A stretch of DNA of 64,000 nt from Podarcis muralis (Eukaryota). A program made the translations under genes and the position numbers. Within the stretch, counting starts at the first letter, position 1; every line of letters starts with the position of its first letter. Positions 50,380 to 61,829 of the stretch are shown one piece after another. The DNA lies in contig NC_135667.1 of the NCBI RefSeq assembly GCF_964188315.1, forward strand, positions 25,544,001 through 25,608,000. The letters are read 5' to 3'. The notes beneath the pieces were generated by a model that made no database searches, was not told the origin of the DNA, and saw nothing but the letters and a program-made list of their open reading frames with translations.

Positions 50380-50725
50380 TGACCAAAATATACTCACTAC
50401 CTTTTAAGGCAGGTAGCTGCTGTGGAAAGAGCTTTTTTCATTGTGATTCTCTGCTAACAAACCACTCTCCCAATGGAGAGTATCTCACCCAACACTCTGT
50501 TGGTTCCTGAATCCATTTCCCATGGCAAAGGATATTTGGGGATGGGATGATCAAGACCAAGAAAAGAAATCCAGAAATAATAAGAGGACAAGTATGGATC
50601 AGCAATAAAATATTGTAGGGGTTAAATTCTGAAACAGTATAAACAGGATCAAGTGTGACTGTCCCAATAAAATCAAGAGTACACATAACCATGAAGATAT
50701 ACCGTAGATATAGATATATAGATAT

Positions 50726-51077
50726 GGGACTCGGGTGGCACTGTGGGTTAAACCACAGAGCCTAGGACTTGCCGATCAGAATGTTGGCGGTTCGAATCCC
50801 CACGACGGGGTGAGCTCCCGTTGCTCAGTCCCTGCTCCTGCCAACCTAGCAGTTCGAAAGAACGTCAAAGTGCAAGCAGATAAATAGGTACCGCTCCAGC
50901 GGGAAGGCAAACGGCGTTTCCGTGCGCTGCTCAGGTTCGCCAGAAGCGGCTTAGTCATGCTGACCACATGACCTGGAAGCTGTACGCCGGCTCGCTCGGC
51001 CAGTAAAGCGAGATGAGCGCCACAACCCCGGAGTCAGCCACAACTGGACCTAATGGCCAGGGGTCCTTTTATCTTTA

Positions 51078-51079
<2 letters not shown>
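50726..51079 (+). mobile_element. Sauria SINE, full length, different subfamily
   Basis: GGGACTCGGGTGGCACTGTGGGTTAAA...GGTTCGAATCCCC head, tail CCTTTTATCTTTATC followed by (CT)n(AT)n. Absent from the left arm. Confidence 0.9.
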
Positions 51080-51116
<37 letters not shown>

Positions 51117-51570
51117 GAATACACAAAGTTCAAGTGAAGCTTTGAGAGTGTTTTTAAAATATAATGTACAACCTAAGGACAAGAACTTTATTACTGTTGT
51201 AAAAGGCGAAAGATTTATACGATCTGAGGAGAAGCCAGAGAATTTGCTGAATTGATTAGGTAAATGGGAATACAAAAAGGGGAGGCGGGTGGAAGTCAAG
51301 GAAACTAGTAAATGAAGCAAAAGGCATAAAAATGGATCTATTTTTTTCATATTTTTTTCTTTTCTTTTAATTATGTGTTTTTACTTTTTCGATTATTGTA
51401 TTTTTCTTTTCTGTATTTTTATTTTTATTTTTATTTGTAAACTCTTGTCTATTTTTTGTAAAATCTCAATAAATATCTTATATAAAAAAAGAACTTTATT
51501 ACTGTTGATATTTGCTAGCTACTCTAGGAGCCTTGTTGATGAAAAAGGAAGCTTAAAATGCTTCAGTTAC

Positions 51571-52575
51571 TGTCAGATGGCAATGGTGGTTGCTTGTGAG
51601 TAACCAGTCAGGACTATTTTACTGGTTTTATTTTGGTGCAAGACTATTTACAGTGCAGAACCACAAGTTCATGTCTGCCTCAATCACTAGCAAAATCCAG
51701 GAGTGGTCGTTTCCGGGTCCTCCCCCAACATAATAGCTTAGTCACCCCCAGCCTTTTCCTTCCTTATGTGCGTTTTACACCTCTGCGCAGGGTGGGCGAC
51801 GGAAGAGGCGTGCTTCCCTCCTGGCTGGCTTGACCAGGAGTGGTGCTAAGGCTCCCAGCAGCATCCTCTGGTCCCTTCCCCTCTTCCCCACTGGAGGTGT
51901 GCCTTTCCCCACCACAGGAAGAGTGTGCTGGTCCCATGGGTAGATCAAGAGGTGAGGTCCAAGTCCAGTCCAAGGTCAAAGGAGCAATATGGAGGCAGTC
52001 TGTAAAAGCTGAGGCCGGGAGCAGGGCAGGGTTCAGGCAGGAACTGGCGACCAACAATGTTGCTTCTGCAACTTGGGAGTGGGGCTGGCTGGCATTTATC
52101 TGCCCTGAGGCATAGGGTGGCCCCGATCCTCAGATGACTCACCTCTCCTGGCCTGAAGGTCAGCACTCCTCCTGTGGGAACTTAGTTCCCTCCGCCTCTC
52201 TGCCCTAAGCCTCTACAACCCCAGAGAGGCTGGAGGGTTATCTAACCCACAGGCAACCTCAGCTTCCTCTGACGGGGCTGAGAGTGGAGCACCAGCAGGT
52301 AATGGGTCCTCCATCACCTCAGGAGCCAGAGCAGACTCAGCTGGTGCCTGCACCTGAGGATCTAGCACAGGTGAGGACCCTTCAGGCTCATGCCCCAGCC
52401 CTGGCTCAGCTGGCTCTGGGGAATCCTGTGCAGGCTAGGATTCCTCAGGTTCAGCATCCGACTCCGAATCCCAGGCCATCACAAAGAGGAACTGCTTCGC
52501 AAGATTTTGGGAGGTTCCCTGTAACCCAACTGCCCCTCTCCTTCCCTTCCCTGTTCCAATAGCAGTCCCCTGACA
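51571..52575. mobile_element. Solo LTR (1005 bp) of an LTR retrotransposon, Gypsy- or ERVL-type
   Basis: TGTCA...TGACA termini with 5-bp TSD GTTAC (51566-51570, 52576-52580). The left arm shows the empty site near 41460-41470. Confidence 0.85.
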
Positions 52576-52749
52576 GTTACCAAACAAACACACGTGATTA
52601 TTCCACTAGAACTACTGCTTCATTTATTTAAAATGAGAAATAAAGCTAGGGTTGAATCAGCAGTGAATACGTTGAATCAGCAGTGTAAATAAAAGCTGGT
52701 AATAAAGTGAGGTGTTTTCCCTACATAGCATACAGCAAAACACAGATAT

Positions 52750-55700
52750 TTAATTCTTCATTTTGTTAATGCTTATTATCTGTTCCCTATTATTCAGCTC
52801 AGGCCTCAACAAAATAATATAACATTTGGGGGAAAAGATGCAACCTAATAGACCAGCACTGGAGGCTAAGATAGAGAAGATCTCCACAGCTACTGTATAT
52901 TTCCCCTTGGTACTCAGGTAGGATGGAACAAAGGACAACCAAACACTGCAAAATACCAACATGCTGAAAGTGATAAACTTTGCTTCATTGAAAATGTCTG
53001 GCAATTTCCTGGCAAGGAAAGCCACTGTGAAACTAATTATTGCTAGAAGGCCCATGTAACTAAGGACACAGTAAAACATAATCACAGTCCCCACATTACA
53101 TTCTAGTATAATTTCCTCAGGCATTGAGTGTTTGTCAACATCTGGGAATGGGGGAGAGATTGCCAACCACAGTGTACAGATGCCTGCTTGAATGAGGGAA
53201 CAGGAAATGACAATGGAGTTGGTCAGCCTTTTCCCCACCCACATTCTCATCCTGGATCCTGGTTTTGTGGCCATGAAAGCCAGAACCACAGTGACAGTTT
53301 TTGCCAGTACACAGGAAACAGCCACTGAAAAGATGATGCCAAAAGCAGCTTGTTGCAGGAGACATGTCATCTTTTTTGGTTGGCCAATGAACAGTAAAGC
53401 ACAAAGAAAGCATAACAAGAGAGTGACAAGGAGAGTATAGGTGATATTCTGGTTGTTGGCTTTGACAATGGGAGTCTTGTGGTTCTTCAGAAATGTTCCC
53501 AGTACCAGAGTTGTGATGAAAGCAAAAGAAAGAGCAACTATAGCTAAACTGATGCCTAAAGGTTCTTCATACGACAAGAAGCTGATGCTTTTGGGAATGC
53601 ATATATTTCGTTCCTTGCTTGGATAGTTTTCATCTGAGCATTTAGTGCAGTCATTCATATCTGGGAAAAGAAAAGTATTAACCTTAGCTCACATGTATGC
53701 TATCAGTCTCAGAAACATTTCATGCCTTTCCCTCACACTCAGAAAAAGAAATGGATCTATTCAAATTGGAAAATACTTTGAATTGTTGTGGGGACTTGTT
53801 TAATTGCTTTGGAGCTATTTGGTGCTATAATATGATAATGGACTGCAATGGAAAGGATGTGGTAAGCCAGGTGAAGTATGCATGACTGTGATGTGGGAGT
53901 AGTGGCTGGTGCAAAATTGACCATATTCTAAGTTTTGTGAGAAAGAGGGAGCGGGAAACCTGCCCTTAGATTTCAGAATAGGGAAGCAGCAGCAGAAGAT
54001 AGATGATATTACCATGGAACTGAAGAACAAGTAGAAAAAGCTGAATAGTGTACAAATACCTTGATTCAACGACAATGTATACATCAATGCTTTGTAACCA
54101 ATCAGCATGTAACATGATATACCTTCCTGATGGCTTGATGTAAGCAACATGCATAAAAATCATTCCTGGGCACCCATGAGGTATATAGGCTTTGGAATCC
54201 ATTCCCCAGTACCATATTATTGCAGTCTGAATACAATATCCCCCCCCACCCTGGTGTGATTATTGGCTCTGGTCAGCCCAGCATCAGACTCTTACCAATA
54301 ACAGCCCCTTTGAAAGTAGCTTGTTAGCCATAGCTATAATTGACTGTGCAATTATCTATGTCTCTTACCTTCCTGGTTTGAAATTTTGCCCTCCGGACAT
54401 AGGATGCAGTCATAACAGCAAAATGGCTTCCCTTCTTTCACTTTCTTGCTAAATCCTGGTTGGCAACTTTCAGTACAGGCCGAAAGAGGACGGGCCTAAT
54501 TCATAAATGAAAGTGACAAATGATAATCATAAAAACAACACGTTTGGAATTCCTCAGGTGCTGGATCCAGCTTTGTGTTACTAAAGTGACACAGCATTAC
54601 AGTAGAGTATGAATTGGCTCCCTTGAGAGCACTGGACACTGTAGAAGCAATTGCCAACCCTATTCTCAACAGCTACTATCTGAGGTGGAGGAACTCATTT
54701 GGGGACATTTGATGAATTCAGTCTCTGAATATTCTAATACAAAATGTCCTGATCCATACCATCAGAATGTGAAGTTAATTATCCAACATATTGTGTTTTT
54801 TCGATCAAAATATGTAATTAATTATGTATTCTGAGGGAAAATATGCATATTAAGTAAACATGTTCATCAAACCAGTTTTGTTTTTTTTAAAGGAACTGAA
54901 CTGAGCTATTCATAAAAATATGCATCAATAACAGTGGGAAGATAACTCAGTTTTATAGACAGTATACAAAAGTAATATTTAAATAAATAAGGAGAATGGC
55001 AGTAAATACCACTGTGTACTATGACTTCTGCACCAGGCTCTTCGCCTCATCCCTGTCCTTCCCTTCTTTAACTATCTCCACCTTCACTACCACCCTTCCC
55101 TTTTTCTCTTCTACAACTCCCATATCAACTTTAGTCGTCTCCTCTATACTTCCTGTTGTCAACTCTCAGTTTCTACCTCTGGCCCCATTTCATCCCCTGT
55201 TGCCTTCTTGACATGATATATCAGGACACCTGGGAAGGGGAAGAGGATCCTGGCAAGGAGTGTTAGCCACAACTGGTACAAATTGATGATTGGTCAAGAG
55301 AGGTTGGGGACTTAGGAGGTACTCACAGGACAGTAGTAGGGTATGTTCAAGGGGCAGCTGACAGTCCATGGGAGCCAGGGGAAAAGGACACATCATTAGA
55401 ACCAGAGGTGCCTCCATCTCTATGGACACAGCGGGCTGTGAGGCGTCAGGAACAGTGGGAAACACACTCTAGAAGACTGAGGCAAGCAAGGGAACACAGC
55501 CCAGCTCACTAATTGACCAGGTGGACACCATGAGGCTTGTTAGTTCTGGGAGGAAGTTTGTGGGCACTCAGATGACTCTAGGCTTTCCTAACCTGGATCT
55601 CTTGCCGAGGCGGGAACCTGGCCTTACTGTTTGACTCTGGACTTTGCTTGTTGTATTTGACTGGGACCAGTATTTGACCTTTTGGACTATCTAGCATTGC

Positions 55701-58700
55701 TCTGGGGACTGTTTGCACCAGTGCAATGTACTTCCAGTTATGTGGGTGGTTCAGGAAACACCTCCACCCATTCGCCCATGTCCTTTTTCCTCCGCCATTC
55801 AGTCACATTTTATCCTATCTTCATTTTTTATCCTTTTCTTGGTCCACGCTATATCCTCCTTTCAAAATAAAACAAGAATTTTGCAAGTGTTCATCATCAA
55901 ATGAAATCAGTTTTAAAGATCAGGATAGAACATCAGGGCTCCTTTATTATTAGACCTTTTGCTAAATGCCTGTGACTTGGATTCTACCTGGTTAAACCAG
56001 CTGTGCCAAGTTATTACTTCTATATCAATGGTGAATGCTTGATCTGAAGGCGCTCCAGGATCCATCTTTCCGACTCTGACTCTACGAAGGGATTGATTGG
56101 AGAATATAATCCAATTGATAATATCCAAGCTAGATGCTATCTCCCCATTCTTGTTGAAGGATACCACATCTCCTTCAGTGTTATTAAATGAGATACGTCT
56201 CAGAATGTGGTGGAGCTAAATTGTAAACAGAAAAGACAAGTGTTTAGAAAAGGCTGCACTCTAATACAGGGCTGAGCAATCCTTTTTCCTCTGAGGCCAG
56301 AACCTACAGTGAGTGGAGTCAGGGACAAGCATGTAGAGAGCCAACCAATTTTCTCCCACATAAATGTTTTTCTTTCATTCTTTCTGTCAGTCCTCTCTCC
56401 CCCTGCTCCATCCCTCAGGGTGTGTGACCCCCTGCTCTGAGAAAAAAATTGCAGGCTGTCAATGGTGTTTCACCGCCAAAGGAATGCACATGAAAGATAA
56501 TTATTTATTGTCAAGAATATCACATTTGCTTCTACTCCTCTGGATGCCTATACATATATAGCAGCTACACAGCTACACAGCTATTCGCAGGTTTGCTGTA
56601 ACAACTGGAATAGCAAGAATGCTGCTCAGCTCTGTTGACTGTTACCACTGCTTCCTGACTCTTAGTGAAATGAGGTCCCAATGGGCCACAAAACATCTCC
56701 AAGCAAATGCTTTCATGTACGTGTTGGGGCGGGGGGGGGGGGGTTCTGCTCAAACATGGAGACAGCCATCATTGCTCTTTCCTCAGAGAAACAAAGACAC
56801 AGCCATCATCTGTCCACAAAATTATAGATTCAGTTCCTCCTCGTATTCCATATGCCTGAACCCTGAGAGGAAAGAGCAAGTTGACAGTATTTTGGAAACC
56901 CATACATTATGAAGGAATAACAGTGCTCTTCCAAGTTGAGGAATTTCAACCCATTACCTGCCAAAACAGTTGATTCTGATTCTTCACTCTCCCTCCATAT
57001 GCCATTCCTATGTGTCTGGGTCTGGATGTGGACATAGCATGTAACGCATGGGCCATGGCATAGACAGCACTGTGGATACTGTAACTGTGCCCTGTCATAC
57101 TCATTTCAAAAAATGACCCTGGAAGGTTCTCCAGCTTCTCTTCTCCTGTGCAAATGTTCCCCTCCACCTGGTCTGCAGTGATATCTGGGAATACACAATC
57201 AAAAGCCTGTTGCCAGAAGTCCCTGATAAAGCCATCCCCATCTGTGTTGGAAGGGTTTCTGTGCTCAACATATTGATGAAATCCAGATGGGTCACGGGAG
57301 TGAATTTCAAAGGCTATAGCACCATTGAATAGTCCCGAATCCCAGTTTCTTTGATAGACAAATGAAGTGAATTCAATCTCAGCTGTTGTTATCCAAACTT
57401 TACTTTTTACATCATTTGTCATATCATGTTCTGATAGGTATGGAAGCCATTTAAAAATTGCCATAGAATAAAAGTCTCCATTGGCCACCACTACATTAGC
57501 CTTGCTGCTCATTATTTTATCATGTATTTTTGCCCCCTGTTGTAGCATGTCTTTAATTTCAGAGAGGAAACTAAAAATGGGAATTCTTTCTATGAAGGCA
57601 AAACAGATGCCATTTTTAGAAAACAATTGAAGTACTGTATGCACAAATCTTTCCCCATTGGTATTGTCCATTGCAGTGACCCCAATCCATGTCCACTTGA
57701 AATGCAGAAGCAAAGAGATAATTCCCTCATATTGAAGGCTTTCCTGGGCTGTCAACTGGTAGAAGGAAAGCCCTGGGGTTTTATCATTCATCACTGGAGC
57801 TGAGCCATAAACGAGCTAAAGAGGGAATGGAGGAAGAGACGAGACAAAATATAATTTCCAGAGTTATTTCAAACTATTTATGTACATTATATGATGAATT
57901 CTGTTGGCCGCATGCTGTCTTTCATTTATTCAAAATAGACACATTCATATGAGCTGAAAACTGGGATAATTTCCCATTCCTGCTTGTTAAACATTTGATC
58001 TGATGAGTGGGGGCAGGCACTGATTTATTTATTTATTTATTTAGATTTTGTGTGTGTCATTGCTGACTTTGGTAGGTTTTGTGGGTTGAATAAAATTGAT
58101 GGGAGGGGCACATCAGGCCCCAATAAGAGGATTAGCTACCTGTGCATTAGATATTATTTACCGGTAGCTATCTCAGAAATGTAAGTTCCGAATTTATTTT
58201 TCTAGAGCTTCTTTTTTCTAATTCATGATGCACAGATCCCAGCCCAGAGCAAAACTGAGATTTTTGCCTCCTTTTTCCACGATACCTCACACTTCTTTTA
58301 TGAAACAATATTTAAATTGTGAACCAGCTGTTCACTACTATTATTCCTTTCCAGCAAATATTGATTGTTTCTGCTACTTAACACAACTTCATTATGTGTT
58401 TAATCTTCCCCAAACCCATTACTTTTGGTGGATGGTGTGATGAGGAGGGAGAAGGATTTTAGTGCCAGTTACCTGTGTATTTGAATCCTGAAACCTCCCC
58501 CCCCCCACACACACTGAATGTGCATGCCTTCTTTGCTAAGTAGAAAATGCTGCATACCCAAACACAGGTGGTAAGGGAGAAGTCCATTATCCCACCAGTG
58601 GACTTTGGGATATCAGTCTCCTGGAAAGGGGAGGGGGGTTAAAATAGAGAATGGATTATTCTCCCCTCCCATGCAAATTTACTGCAAAGCAATGTTGTCA

Positions 58701-59664
58701 TTAAAGAGCATAGTAGAAATGAAAGGGTGGATAGTAGAGAGCTCCCTCTCCTAACAGGATCCTTTCTGGAGTGGGGGACCTATACCCTGAATTGGTGCTG
58801 TAGACCTAGACTCTTCTTTTCCTCTTTGCAATCTAATAGAGGTGTTGCACATAAGTGTCCTACCTGTGGAATCTTATAGATATCCAAAATGGTTGCCACA
58901 TAAAAGGAGATTTCAGAGTCGAGTCCCCCAATAACTCCTGTCAGATTATTTTCAGTATCACATACATAGTTGGGGACACATTTCTCCAGCTTGGATAAAA
59001 GTATCAGTGTGGCAAGATACGTTTTCCTTGCATTAGTATAGCTGTCATAGATGTGGAAGCCCAAAGTGATATTGGGTAAAATGTGGGAGCATCCATTGAT
59101 CTCCTTGACTGCAAATGCCAACGCCAGGATGTGCTGGTAAACCTTGGGCACCACCCTAGAATGAGAGTTGCAGATTGTTTCAGACACATCTTCAACACTT
59201 GGAACATTTAAATATGTACTCAGAAGTTAATCATATGGAATTCAGTTAAGTTTACTACTGCGCTACTAGACTGCTATACACCCCTACCAAGAACTAAAAT
59301 ATTCATTTTTTCCACAGCTGATTCATGTGAGTTTTCAGATCAGTATGTTATATTTAAATCAAAGATAACTGAGTTGACATTTGCAGCATCAGCCATTGTT
59401 CTGAAGGTGCTGCTCTGAGATTGATCATGAGAGGCTGAGTTCTTACACAAGTTCTTCAGGCAGTACAGGTGGAGGTTCCTCCATGAATGTTGCTGAAGTG
59501 GATAAGAAGCCACCATGGGAAACAATGCCACCAATGATGAAATCTCCTGGCTGATGATAGATGTGAAGTGGACGATGAGGACCTTGGAGCCTGCATTTTG
59601 CTATGTGAGCCTGACATACCATGTCAGGAAATAGTTCCAGCAGAAAGATTACTAAAATAACCAT
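52750..59664 (-). CDS. Vomeronasal type-2 receptor (V2R-5), intact (~877 aa), inverted twin of V2R-3
   Basis: Exons: 59664-59447 (218), 59155-58864 (292), 57815-56958 (858), 56215-55988 (228), 54495-54369 (127), 53660-52750 (911). GT/AG boundaries, no stops. Confidence 0.9.
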
Positions 59665-59896
59665 CCTTAATACAATACAATCTTCATTCTACACAGAAGC
59701 CACTATTTTTCTGGCAATACTATGAGCAGCATCTACAAGATGAAAATTGTCTACTTTGAATGGTAATTTAGTTTCCTAAGAGGCTTCAATTTGGTATCTC
59801 CAAACTCAGACTTGTGGATCCCAGACTCTATCTATTCTGATTTGATTTATAGTATCCTTTGACAGTTATCACTGAACATCCACAAGGATTTTTGAG

Positions 59897-60010
59897 AAGC
59901 AGCAGCTTTAATTATAGTCCTCTTAATAATCAAACAGGAAAGTAGTTATTCATAAGTGCTAGGTGTTCCCAGTGGAAATGCTGGAGAAAATGTGTTTGTC
60001 ACATATTCAG
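59897..60010 (-). promoter_or_regulatory. Conserved V2R upstream motifs, V2R-5 copy
   Basis: Inverted copy of 33918-34031. Confidence 0.55.
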
Positions 60011-60836
60011 TACTGTCACTTTTTAATTCCCTTGGGTTAGATAATAATGGACCAATGGTGTAGTGGTGAATTTTGAAGTTAGGAGCTCATCATAACAAAC
60101 CCTGTAGCCAATTAGGACTCCAACATGTAGTGTGGGGTTGTTAGCATCTTGGAAATTGTTTGAGGAGACCTGGATCTATATCCCTGATCAGCTATGTGTC
60201 ATGACTACAATCTATGCACAATACTTACTTGGGAGTAAGCTCTGTTGAATTCCAAGAGCTTATCTATGATCGCAAAGTTGTACAAGACTCGTAAAACATA
60301 TAAAGGAGAAAATACCATTAAAGGAAAACAAAATGCCATCTCTATTATCATCCCACATCTTCAAATTCCACTATAACATACTAATGACAAACAGCAGTAA
60401 AACTTGGAAGCTTAGTTACTGCTTCTTCAACTTCCGATAGCAAGGAGCATCTTGTGCCCTGGAAGATGATGACAAATCTGCTGTTCTACAGCACAGCAAG
60501 GGAGAGTAGAGTTTGGAATTACCCAAGGGAAACCAACAAACCAATCAACCACCAGAAATAGTATATGATCCCTCTCCACACAATGCTTTTCTCTCCCTCA
60601 CACACTCAATGTTCTGATAATGCTTCTTGCATTGTTATTCAACTCACAGATTAAGAAAAAGTAGAGTACAAAGCATGTTCTTGTATGGGGAAAATCCTTG
60701 TTTTGCCCTCCAGTACCTCTAGTCAAAATGAAGTCATGGAGCCTCAGTTTCAAATCCTAGCCATAGTAACTAATGCTGTGTTAGGTGGTCCACTCCATCA
60801 TATAATAAATGTTTCTCTTGAACCTCAATGCAATGA

Positions 60837-60838
60837 AC

Positions 60839-60900
<62 letters not shown>
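60837..60900. repeat. (TA)n(TG)n compound microsatellite
   Basis: Directly visible, about 35 bp beyond the outer end of the right arm. Confidence 0.95.
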
Positions 60901-60905
<5 letters not shown>

Positions 60906-61829
60906 CAATACACCCCCAATAGTCATACTTGAGCTACCCCTCCCCTCCTTGCTTGATTTCAAACCACACACACTTTCTATTTTTGCTTGTTAATATCAAC
61001 ATTACTCCAATGTCCCTTTCCCACTTGTAAATATATTTTTATTTTCTATTCCAGGTTGCCGAATCGTGAATATTTAAAATAAACTTAGAACAAACAAACT
61101 GTGGCTTCCTTTTCCCCATCTGACTCTCATGCCAAAGAAAATCTTATCTCAATTCAAACCTTTGATCCATGTAGCTGGTATATTTGGCAGTATGTTTTTG
61201 CAATCCTTTTGCATCACGCGCCTGTACTTTAAAGCCAATTAAAGATCCAATTAAATGGAGAACCTCTGCTTCTTAATGGCGGCATAGGAGGGTTATCGCC
61301 AGGCAAAGTGCTTTTGCACTCAGTGCCTCCCCACCTCCCATATTCCACGCAAAAGCCAGGTACCAAGATGAACTATGAGTGAAACTCATTTCCCCTGTCC
61401 CTGTGGGGAGTTTGCAAGGATGATTTACCCTCTGTCATCCTTGTTTTTCATTCACCGACGATCACCAGCTGTTGTGGGGGATGCCTCCATTAATGCAATT
61501 GGGACCGTAAGCCTAATGCAATGAACTTCTGATTGCATCCTTCACTTCTTTATTTCGTAGTGTGTAGATGAATGGATTCAGCAATGGAGTAACAATTGTG
61601 TTCAAGATGTTGACAATTTTGGTCATTTCTAGGGATGTCCGTTTAGAAGGTTTGACAAAAAGAAAGATTGTGGAGCCATACCAAATGAGCACTACAGCAA
61701 GATGGGACGAGCATGTAGAGAAGGCTTTTTGTTGACCTTGCACAGAAGGGATGTGTAGGATAGTGGTGATAATGCATATGTAGGAAAGAAAGGTGATCAG
61801 ACAGGAGCCCAATATGACAATGATGGATA

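Larger units (their letters stand above)
50492..60803 (-). repeat. Right arm of inverted segmental duplication
   Basis: Reverse complement of 33078-41812 plus arm-specific insertions (SINE at 50726, solo LTR at 51571). Confidence 0.9.

Noticed and set aside
52284-52562. 92-aa Pro/Gln-rich ORF
   Set aside because: It lies inside the solo LTR and is low-complexity with no domain signature.
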